A stretch of DNA of 39,630 nucleotides, taken from the IMG/VR virus record IMGVR_UViG_3300045988_044422. One strand, 5' to 3'. Position numbers and translations under genes: made by a program. The notes beneath the pieces are model-generated. The model saw nothing but the letters and a program-made list of their open reading frames with translations, did no database searches and had not been told where the DNA came from. Origin of the DNA: a virus. How positions within the stretch are numbered: position 1 is the first letter of the stretch; each line of letters starts with the position of its first letter. Positions 1 to 7,069 of this stretch are shown here, piece after piece.

Positions 1-141
1 CCTGAAGAAGCTGACAGTGACTTCAGACACATATGATTTTTATACAAGGCTGATCCCACTTGGTAAAGATGGAATCGGAATCGAATGGCTTGGCAAGCCG
101 TATCTTGAAAATTATCAATACAGCAGCAAGGTCAAGACATA
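1..141. repeat. Terminal overlap copy 1 (identical to 39490-39630)
   Basis: Base-by-base identity of CCTGAAGAAGCTGACAGTGAC...GTCAAGACATA at both window ends. Confidence 0.95.
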
Positions 142-1672
142 TGTGTGGAGCGATGAAAGATACACAAACACAACAAGCCTGATCGAAGATGGAATCGCAA
201 AGCTGGAAGAAATGTCGAAGCCTTATGTAGCATACAAAGCAGATGTGATTGACCTTGCAAGGCAATCAAAGAAATACAGCAGCGTATTTGATTTTGACAT
301 CGGCGACACTGTCTGGATGATCAGCAAGTCAACGAAGACAAAAGAGAAGCAGCGAATTGTGAAGCTGACGGAATATCCAGAAAGCCCACAAAGCAACACT
401 GTCGAACTTTCAAATGCAACGAAGACCTTTGCTGAAGTACAGCAGGAAGCGACAGATCAGGCGAAATCAGAAGCGATCAAGATTGCGAACAGCAGCGCGA
501 AGAAAGTTCTTGAAGATGGATATTACACGAAAACAGAGGTTGAAACACACATAACAGCATCGAAGGAAGAAATCGAACTGGGCGTGTCAAAGACCTATGA
601 AACGAAGACCATTGTTGACCAGAAGATCAAGAGTGTGAACGATCTGACAGATGAAAAACTGACGGAATACAGCACGACAGAACAGATGCAGGCTGCAATC
701 AACCTGAAGGCAGAAGAAATTGATCTGGAAGTGTCGAAGGTGTATGAAACAAAGACCAGCGTCACTGAAAAAATTAAAAGCGTGAATGACCTGACGGACG
801 AAAAACTGACATTGTATTCAACAACAGAGGAAATGAACGCGGCTATCAAGGTGAAGGCTGAAGCGATTGATCTTTCAGTTTCAAAGACCTATGAAACGAA
901 GACGACAGTCACAGAGAAGATCAAGAGCGCAAACGAACTGGCACAGTCAGCAGCGGACACGGCTGAAGAAAATGCGAACGATGAAACCGATAAAAAGCTG
1001 AAAGAGTATTCAACGACAAAGGAAATGAACGCGGCTATCAAATTACAAGCCGACAGCATCACGACTGAAGTCAACAAGAAGGTCAACAATTCGGAGTTCG
1101 GAACAAAGATCACACAGAATGCCTACAACGTGCGTGTGGCTTGGAATAATAACAGCAAATACATTCAGCTGGAATATGGTCAGCTTGCAATCTACAACGG
1201 CGATGTGACGGCAGCAGAAAAAAGAGCAGTATTTGACGAACGAGGAAATCATTTCTATCGTGATGGGTATTATGTTGGGAAAATAGGGACAAACGAATGG
1301 TCGGGGAACAACGCGCACAAAGGGCTTGTGTTCGATCTGGACTATCAGGGCAAATACATGGCATTTGCACAGATGAAATCACAGAGCGCAGGATCATACA
1401 CAACAATGCTGTGCTTCTCACGCGCGAATAGTATATATGACCAGTACGGCATCCATCTGGGATGCGACTTTTATGGTCATTGGTTCGACATGTACAATGT
1501 CGATCTTCACGATGTCAATATAAACGGCTACGGCGTGGCAGATGGTAAAAGCATACCGATAGTGACAGAAATTCACGACAACGGAAACGGAACAGTCGGC
1601 TGGACGACATCATCAATCAGTGTCAGAGGTGGAATGATTACAGCAGTACCACAAGGGAGCGCGAATATATAA
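1..1672 (+). CDS. Tail-associated protein (Tal / phage minor structural protein), C-terminal part of the gene that starts at 38963
   Basis: Same phase as the open frame from ATG 38963 when 39490 is equated with 1. It follows the tape measure and Dit genes. It contains three 49-aa tandem repeats. Stop TAA is at 1670-1672. Confidence 0.8.
   Translation, partial: LKKLTVTSDTYDFYTRLIPLGKDGIGIEWLGKPYLENYQYSSKVKTYVWSDERYTNTTSLIEDGIAKLEEMSKPYVAYKADVIDLARQSKKYSSVFDFDIGDTVWMISKSTKTKEKQRIVKLTEYPESPQSNTVELSNATKTFAEVQQEATDQAKSEAIKIANSSAKKVLEDGYYTKTEVETHITASKEEIELGVSKTYETKTIVDQKIKSVNDLTDEKLTEYSTTEQMQAAINLKAEEIDLEVSKVYETKTSVTEKIKSVNDLTDEKLTLYSTTEEMNAAIKVKAEAIDLSVSKTYETKTTVTEKIKSANELAQSAADTAEENANDETDKKLKEYSTTKEMNAAIKLQADSITTEVNKKVNNSEFGTKITQNAYNVRVAWNNNSKYIQLEYGQLAIYNGDVTAAEKRAVFDERGNHFYRDGYYVGKIGTNEWSGNNAHKGLVFDLDYQGKYMAFAQMKSQSAGSYTTMLCFSRANSIYDQYGIHLGCDFYGHWFDMYNVDLHDVNINGYGVADGKSIPIVTEIHDNGNGTVGWTTSSISVRGGMITAVPQGSANI
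584..1069 (+). repeat. Three tandem 147-bp (49-aa) coding repeats inside Tal
   Basis: Units start at 584, 731 and 878 (GTGTCAAAGACCTATGAAACGAAGAC-like). They encode VSKxYETKTxVxxKIKSxNxLTDEKLTxYSTTExMxAAIxxKAExIDL. The third unit carries an insertion. Confidence 0.85.
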
Positions 1673-1869
1673 TGAGCAAAGAAATCATAATTGAAGAAGA
1701 TACAAAGACGGAAACAAAAGAAATGATCATTGATCTGCCTGAAGGCGAAAGAGGGATCACAGAAGAAGAAACAGAAACAAAGGAACAGGAGATCAAAAAC
1801 ACGATGCTTGCGCAGATGGATTCAAAGCTGGACTTGATACTTGCATATCAGGAAGCTGCGCTGGAATAA
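1672..1869 (+). CDS. Hypothetical acidic small protein (tail module)
   Basis: ATG overlaps the upstream stop (TAATG). 65 aa, E/T-rich. No motif recognised. Confidence 0.5.
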   Translation: MSKEIIIEEDTKTETKEMIIDLPEGERGITEEETETKEQEIKNTMLAQMDSKLDLILAYQEAALE

Positions 1870-1883
1870 CAGGAGGATGGCAC

Positions 1884-2201
1884 ATGAAACCGATCGAACA
1901 AAGAATTGCTTGTGCGAAAGGAGAAATCCTGAACGCAATGGCAACAATCAGCACAGAACACGATCTGTCAGCGACAGTCATGGAAGGCGTGCTGGCTGAC
2001 ATACTGTCTGAAGTGAAGTCACAATCAAAGATGGAACTGCTGAACGCATACAACAAAGAAGTGAACGATGCACAACAGGAAATCAAGCAGCTGAAGGAAG
2101 AACTTGAAAAAGCGAAGACAGCAGCAAAGAAAACATTGAAGACCGAACCTGACACCGATCAGGAAGGAGGGGACGACAATGGCGATGCAGCTAATAACTG
2201 A
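1884..2201 (+). CDS. Hypothetical coiled-coil protein (tail module)
   Basis: AGGAGG RBS 7 nt upstream of the ATG. 105 aa with a heptad-like KQLKEELEKAK segment and an acidic tail. Confidence 0.55.
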   Translation: MKPIEQRIACAKGEILNAMATISTEHDLSATVMEGVLADILSEVKSQSKMELLNAYNKEVNDAQQEIKQLKEELEKAKTAAKKTLKTEPDTDQEGGDDNGDAANN

Positions 2202-3045
2202 CATAACACTGGAACTGACAGGCGATGAACGATTATATATGGCATCAGCGAAGCAGGGCGACAAGCGCACACGATTCATCAGGATTGCGCTGACGAATAA
2301 TGGCAAGGTATTCACGATCCCGACAGGGTACATCGTAATTGCGAACATAAAAAAGCCTGACAAACATTTCTGTTATAACGAATGCACAGTGACCGACAAC
2401 AAAGTCATGGTTGAACTGACAAATCAGGCACTTGCAGCAGCAGGAACAGCACACTGCGACATTGAGATCAGGGACGCACAAAACGTGTATGTGTTATCTT
2501 CGCAGGCGTTCACTATCGAAATTGAAGAAACAAACAGGAATGATGCTGCGATTGAAAGCTGCAACGAGATCACAGCACTGGAAAAGAAAGTGCAGCAGTA
2601 CATCGACAACATCGTTTCGACAAAGAATGACATCTTGTCAGTTGAAGCAGCGATGAAGGTTGCTGAAGCTGCCAGAGCATCGGCAGAGGTTGACAGGATC
2701 AATGCTGAAGCACGAAGGAAGAAAAGCGAACAGGACAGGGAAACTGCTGAAACAGCAAGACAACAGCAGCTTCAGATCATGCAGGAAGCGACAGGAGCAG
2801 CAAACAACGCAGCTTCTTCAGCAAATACGGCAGCAGGCGCAGCGAATACAGCGGCGGCACGCGCTGAAGCAACATACAAGTCACAGGAAGAATTGCAGAA
2901 GATGTATGAAAAGATGCTGGACATCAAGGGGGCAGTCGGAAGCACGATTGACGGCGGCACAGCGTTCAGCATTGATCCGATGACCTGTGACGGCGGCACA
3001 GCGTTCACAGCAGAAGAATGCGAAGCGGATGCAGGCACAGTGTAG
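2179..3045 (+). CDS. Baseplate upper protein (BppU N-terminal domain)-like tail fibre protein
   Basis: The N-terminus ITLELTGDERLYMASAKQGDKRTRFIRIALTNNGKVFTIPTGYIV...AHCDIEI resembles the BppU_N Ig-like domain. An Ala/Gln-rich coiled coil follows. The C-terminus carries a DGGTAF duplication. Confidence 0.6.
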   Translation: MAMQLITDITLELTGDERLYMASAKQGDKRTRFIRIALTNNGKVFTIPTGYIVIANIKKPDKHFCYNECTVTDNKVMVELTNQALAAAGTAHCDIEIRDAQNVYVLSSQAFTIEIEETNRNDAAIESCNEITALEKKVQQYIDNIVSTKNDILSVEAAMKVAEAARASAEVDRINAEARRKKSEQDRETAETARQQQLQIMQEATGAANNAASSANTAAGAANTAAARAEATYKSQEELQKMYEKMLDIKGAVGSTIDGGTAFSIDPMTCDGGTAFTAEECEADAGTV

Positions 3046-3060
3046 GAAGGAGGAAACACG

Positions 3061-3474
3061 ATGGCAACATGGACAGTCAAACCAAAGAAGGACACAACAG
3101 CGAACTGGAAGGTTTCAGGGCGCATCCTTGAAGTGAATGAATGGGGCGTTGAAGAAACAACATCAGGCAAGTACATATTGAGGATCGGAAACGGAAAAGA
3201 CAAGTTTCTTGATCTTCCAGCGGTCGTTGATACGCCGACACTTGAAACGATGTACAACACGATTCGGAACTTCAACAACAATATGCAGCAGGCGACATCA
3301 GCCGCGAACGCAGCAGCACAGTCGGCACAGCAGCAGGCAGCGGCAGCACAGGCAGGCGCGGCAGCTTGCAAGGACATCCAGAAGGGAATCAATTCAATGT
3401 CGGATTCTGCAACAGGGAAGAAGTATACGATCGGCGTTGAAGCAGGGCTTGTGTACTTGGAAGAAACAACATAA
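3061..3474 (+). CDS. Tail fibre-associated protein with Mtd_N / hyaluronidase-type N-terminal motif
   Basis: KKDTTANWKVSGRILEVNEWGVEETTSGKYILRIGNGKDKFLDLPAV matches the (T.A.W...L..GE.G.E.....K.GdG...f..LP) motif seen at the N-termini of phage fibre and Mtd proteins. Confidence 0.5.
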   Translation: MATWTVKPKKDTTANWKVSGRILEVNEWGVEETTSGKYILRIGNGKDKFLDLPAVVDTPTLETMYNTIRNFNNNMQQATSAANAAAQSAQQQAAAAQAGAAACKDIQKGINSMSDSATGKKYTIGVEAGLVYLEETT

Positions 3475-3489
3475 CAGGAGGAAAAAGAA

Positions 3490-4746
3490 ATGGCAAGGCT
3501 TTATGTAGCAGACAAAGAAACGCTTGACGCTGTGAAGGCTGACACAACAGGAATACTGGCACAGCTTCAGGATAAAGATGGAAAATTCAGCAATGTCAAG
3601 CGATATGGAATCAAGATCAACAAGGCTGACAGCAATCCTGACACGCGCATCACATATCTGTATGACGCAGCAGGATTCACGCCAGCAAAGATGAACTTCA
3701 CAGACGGATCATTCGACTTCGGTTCATGGGGCGAAGTGTTCTTCATTAAGCAGAACAGACCAGTCATGCTGAAGGCAGACAGAACAGTTGCGTATGAGTT
3801 AAACCACACAGACCATTCAAAGAAGCTGGACGGCACTGCATCCGATGTCGGGGACGCATCAACGACACTGAATGCGATGTCTGAATTTCCTTTGATGTGG
3901 CTGTGCCAGTACGAAGTCGGAAACTATGAATATATCATCGTATCTGACACAAGAGTTGACAGCAACTACAACGCAGATGCATACACAAGAGAAGATGGAA
4001 GCGTTGCAGATCATATGTACATGCCTATGTACGGCGGCAGCTATGACGGCGCGAAACTGCGCAGCTTGTCAGGAAAGAAACTGGACTGCAACACGAACGC
4101 ACAGACAGAGATCAGCAGGGCAGCAGCAAACGGAACAGGCTGGACGATCATTTCATGGAGCAGAAGAAACTTGATCGAAAGCCTTCTGACATTGATCAGC
4201 AAGTCTGAAAACTATCAGGCGAAGTTCGGTCAGGGCGTATGTAGCACATATGTCAATGATTCATCAAAAGACTACGGAAAAGTTGTGACAGGAACACTGG
4301 ACACAAAAGGGCAGTTCTTCGGCTATAATGACGGAACACATGAAGTGAAAGTGTTCTATTGCGAAAAGCCATGGGGAAACCGCTGGGACAGACTTGTGGG
4401 CTATATCTGCGACAACGGAACAATCAAAGTGAAGATGTCGCCGCCTTATAACCTGACAGGAAAAGACTACATAAAAGTCGGAACAGCGTGCAAGACAGAA
4501 GGATGGCAGAAAGACACATTGATGACGCGCTATGGACGATTTGTCAAATCTGTCGGCGGCAGTGCTTCGACATATCGTTGTTGTTATTACTGGATCAACG
4601 TGACGATCGTTGCGGTCGCGCTTGTCGGCGGTCACACCAGCAACGGCGCGAACTGCGGTGCTTGCGTCAGCTTGAACAGCACTGCTGCGAATGCGTATTG
4701 GAACGTCGGTGGCTCGCCTTCTTGCGAAGAACCTTTGGCGGCATAG
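3490..4746 (+). CDS. DGR target protein: putative receptor-binding tail fibre protein with C-terminal variable region
   Basis: 418 aa. The last ~40 codons contain VR (4608-4715). WGNRWDRLVGY and the C-terminal GG...W..GG pattern are compatible with a C-type-lectin/Mtd-like fold. The gene lies in the fibre module. Confidence 0.85.
   Translation: MARLYVADKETLDAVKADTTGILAQLQDKDGKFSNVKRYGIKINKADSNPDTRITYLYDAAGFTPAKMNFTDGSFDFGSWGEVFFIKQNRPVMLKADRTVAYELNHTDHSKKLDGTASDVGDASTTLNAMSEFPLMWLCQYEVGNYEYIIVSDTRVDSNYNADAYTREDGSVADHMYMPMYGGSYDGAKLRSLSGKKLDCNTNAQTEISRAAANGTGWTIISWSRRNLIESLLTLISKSENYQAKFGQGVCSTYVNDSSKDYGKVVTGTLDTKGQFFGYNDGTHEVKVFYCEKPWGNRWDRLVGYICDNGTIKVKMSPPYNLTGKDYIKVGTACKTEGWQKDTLMTRYGRFVKSVGGSASTYRCCYYWINVTIVAVALVGGHTSNGANCGACVSLNSTAANAYWNVGGSPSCEEPLAA
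4608..4715 (+). repeat. DGR variable repeat (VR)
   Basis: 108 bp aligned without gaps to 4843-4950 (offset 235). There are 8 mismatches, and 7 correspond to TR adenines. Confidence 0.9.
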
Positions 4747-4760
4747 CCGCACAGGGGGAC

Positions 4761-4778
4761 AGGGGGAGCAATCCCCCT
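4761..4778 (+). promoter_or_regulatory. Hairpin downstream of VR (candidate DGR target-recognition hairpin/cruciform)
   Basis: Perfect 7-bp stem AGGGGGA/TCCCCCT with a GCAA (GNRA) loop. It lies 15 nt after the target stop codon and has no following U-tract. Confidence 0.55.
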
Positions 4779-4842
4779 TGAAGTGTAAGTAAAAAGAAAA
4801 ATTAAATAATAGGGATATTGTGTGCGCCTTCCGATGCTTCTG

Positions 4843-4950
4843 CGTTGCGGTCGCGCTTGTCGGCGGTAACACCAACAACGGCGCGAACTGCGGTGCTTAC
4901 GTCAACTTGAACAACACTGCTTCGAATGCGAATTGGAACATCGGTGGCTC
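4843..4950 (+). repeat. DGR template repeat (TR)
   Basis: Non-coding copy of VR. It holds 24 adenines and, read in the target frame, 8 AAC and 2 AAT codons. The invariant-looking copy sits 141 bp upstream of the RT. Confidence 0.9.
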
Positions 4951-5091
4951 TCACTCTTAACAATCATGGGACAATAACCTAATGCACACGATATTCCGCG
5001 CCACTTGGCGAAAGTTAAACCGAAGAAAGGGTTGTGCTAGTAGGGCGAAAGCCGTGAACGTGCAACAGGTGTTAAGAAGGAAACCTTTTGA
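4843..5091 (+). ncRNA. Probable DGR RNA (TR plus spacer preceding the RT)
   Basis: No credible ORF here. TR is followed by a 141-nt spacer. The spacer has a GAAA-capped helix (5044-5053) nested in an imperfect helix (5031-5066). The organisation matches TR-spacer RNAs of known DGRs. Confidence 0.5.
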
Positions 5092-6453
5092 ATGAAGACA
5101 TATAAACATATATTTGAAGAATTGCTGAAAGAAGAAAACATCACACAATGTTTTCACGATGCAGCAAAGCGCAAGACGACACGTCCCGAAGTCGCCAGAG
5201 TGCTGAAGGAAGAAAGAGAAGTCGGAAACGACAGACCTGAACCGCAATGTCTTCAGGAACATGTGAAAGCACTTCAAAAAATGCTGGAAGAAGAAACATA
5301 TCAACCACCAGAACATAAAAAGATGCTGATAAACGAATATAGCTGCGGAAAGGTCAGGGAAATCATAAAACCTGAATTTCAGTATGAACAGGTCGTGCAT
5401 CATTGCATCATAAAACAGCTTCAACCGATCGTACTTCATGGACTATATGAACACGCACTGGGAAGCATACCGAACAGAGGTTGTCACAGCGGAAAGAAGC
5501 AAGTTGAAAAGTGGATAAAAGGATATAAGGGAAAGAAGTTCTATATCCTGAAGGCAGATGTCCGACACTGCTTCGATACAGAAGACATTCGCGTAATTGA
5601 AACAAAGCTGAAACGCGTGATTAAAGACGAAAGATTTGTCAGATTATGCAGCACAGTCATGGAGCATGAAGCGACAATGAAGCCACCTGAATTTGATCGG
5701 GAATGGATCGAGGACGAACAATGGAAAGATACTGAATTTTTATCAGGACTTCCGCTTGGGTTCGTGACTTCACAATGGTTCACACAGCTGAACTATAAAG
5801 AACTTGATCATAAAATTGTTGAAGAGTGGAAGGAACTGGGCGGCGTTGACCATTCAATTCGATACGCGGACGACATTGTTGCGTTCGGAAGAAACAAAAA
5901 GAAACTTCACAGACTGAAAGATGTTATGTCGGAATATATGAAAAATGAAATGAATCAGAAAATCAAATACAACTGGCAAGTGTTCCGTTTTGAATATCCC
6001 GACAGGAAAGCACCGCCAGTCATTGACAAGAAGACAGGAAAAGAGAAACCGAAGACCAGAGGGCGTGCGCTGGACTTCATGGGATTTGTATTTCATTACA
6101 ATCGCACAACGCTTCGCAAATCAATCCTGAAGCGTGCGACAAAGAAGGCGCACAGAATCGCAAAGAAAGAGAAAGTCAACTGGTATGATGCTTCAGCAAT
6201 GCTGGCATCAATGGGCTGGTTTACACATACGGACACTTATGGCTTTTATGAAGATCATATCAAGCCATATGTCAATATAAAGCAACTGAAAAAGAAAGTC
6301 AGCAAGCATTCAAAGAAAGGAGTGAAGAACAATGATGTCAGAATGGTATCAGTCAGAAAGCATGGACAAGCCGACAGAGTGGGACACGACATCAAGCCCG
6401 ACAGTGGTCTATCAGCGAAAGAACATCGCAGAGCAGATCAGGAAGGGCATTGA
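5092..6453 (+). CDS. DGR-type reverse transcriptase
   Basis: Contains RYADDIVAFG (YxDD), the DGR-diagnostic LGxxxSQ motif (LPLGFVTSQ), GSIPNRGCHSG and KADVRHCFD. It lies directly downstream of TR. The lysine-rich C-terminal tail overlaps the next gene by 122 nt. Confidence 0.9.
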   Translation: MKTYKHIFEELLKEENITQCFHDAAKRKTTRPEVARVLKEEREVGNDRPEPQCLQEHVKALQKMLEEETYQPPEHKKMLINEYSCGKVREIIKPEFQYEQVVHHCIIKQLQPIVLHGLYEHALGSIPNRGCHSGKKQVEKWIKGYKGKKFYILKADVRHCFDTEDIRVIETKLKRVIKDERFVRLCSTVMEHEATMKPPEFDREWIEDEQWKDTEFLSGLPLGFVTSQWFTQLNYKELDHKIVEEWKELGGVDHSIRYADDIVAFGRNKKKLHRLKDVMSEYMKNEMNQKIKYNWQVFRFEYPDRKAPPVIDKKTGKEKPKTRGRALDFMGFVFHYNRTTLRKSILKRATKKAHRIAKKEKVNWYDASAMLASMGWFTHTDTYGFYEDHIKPYVNIKQLKKKVSKHSKKGVKNNDVRMVSVRKHGQADRVGHDIKPDSGLSAKEHRRADQEGH

Positions 6454-6622
6454 CGGAGAAAAAGACCGCACTGTCTATGTGTACAGCGAAAGGACTATGA
6501 CACAGGAAGAATATGCAAGACTTCAGGCAGAGCTTGAAAGTCCAGCAACAAAGATGATCATGCAGTCAATGTCATCAATTGAAATGAACGTGGCAATGAT
6601 GCAAGAAATGATGGAGGTATAA
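6332..6622 (+). CDS. Hypothetical protein upstream of XkdX-like gene
   Basis: AAAGGAG RBS then ATGATG. 96 aa. It occupies the slot that xkdW holds in PBSX-like elements, but no motif was verified. Confidence 0.55.
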   Translation: MMSEWYQSESMDKPTEWDTTSSPTVVYQRKNIAEQIRKGIDGEKDRTVYVYSERTMTQEEYARLQAELESPATKMIMQSMSSIEMNVAMMQEMMEV

Positions 6623-6624
6623 GC

Positions 6625-6840
6625 ATGGCAGAAACAAGCACAGGAACAAACACAGAAACAACCGAAAAGGTACACAGTAAAAAGTTCGATTCACTGAAGA
6701 AAAAGTGGGAAATGGACTATATCACAAAAGACACACTGAAAGGCTGGGTTGCGCTGAATGAGAAGAGAGCAGGAAAGGGCATCACAGCAGAGGAATACAA
6801 GGAAATTACTGGCGAAGAGTATGAAGCCAGTGAAGAATAA
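6625..6840 (+). CDS. xkdX: XkdX-family small phage protein
   Basis: The C-terminal GKGITAEEYKEITGEEY and the preceding W..DYITKDTLKGWV match the XkdX family signature. Confidence 0.7.
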   Translation: MAETSTGTNTETTEKVHSKKFDSLKKKWEMDYITKDTLKGWVALNEKRAGKGITAEEYKEITGEEYEASEE

Positions 6841-7055
6841 TGACGCAGTTTGAATTGATCGACAGGCTGTGCGCTGTGAATACGCTTCTGACAGACATTG
6901 TCAGGGAACAGGCGGCAATCATGGCGCAGCATGGAATTGAACCGATACAGACGCAGGACGAAGCCACAGACAGGCTTGACGATCTATTCGGGAAGCGCAA
7001 AAGGGCAGAAGACGAAAACGATGCAATCGAAGCAGCACTTCGCAAATATATTTGA
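6840..7055 (+). CDS. Hypothetical helical protein
   Basis: TAATG start/stop overlap with the upstream gene. 71 aa. No motif recognised. Confidence 0.45.
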   Translation: MTQFELIDRLCAVNTLLTDIVREQAAIMAQHGIEPIQTQDEATDRLDDLFGKRKRAEDENDAIEAALRKYI

Positions 7056-7069
7056 CGAAGGAAAAGAAA

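Larger units (their letters stand above)
3490..6453 (+). mobile_element. Diversity-generating retroelement cassette (target-VR / TR / RT; no avd seen)
   Basis: Combination of the four features above. Confidence 0.9.

Noticed and set aside
2432-2983. + strand alternative-frame ORFs (74 and 107 aa) inside the BppU-like gene, and similar ones at 3209-3508, 4488-4781, 9601-9861, 16391-16600, 21718-21972, 30636-30881 and 37279-37659.
   Set aside because: They are overlapping out-of-frame ORFs with Arg/Gln/Ser-rich low-complexity translations and no RBS. They are artefacts of A/G-rich sequence that is poor in stop codons.
4761-4778. The hairpin after the DGR target gene interpreted as an intrinsic terminator.
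   Set aside because: No U-tract follows (the next bases are TGAAGTGTAAG). Its position and 4-nt loop fit the DGR target-site hairpin better, though a terminator role cannot be fully excluded.
5092-6453. The RT interpreted as a group II intron or retron reverse transcriptase.
   Set aside because: There is no flanking intron RNA domain structure, no maturase/endonuclease domains and no msr/msd-like inverted repeats. The LGxxxSQ motif and an adjacent adenine-mismatched TR/VR pair are specific to DGRs.
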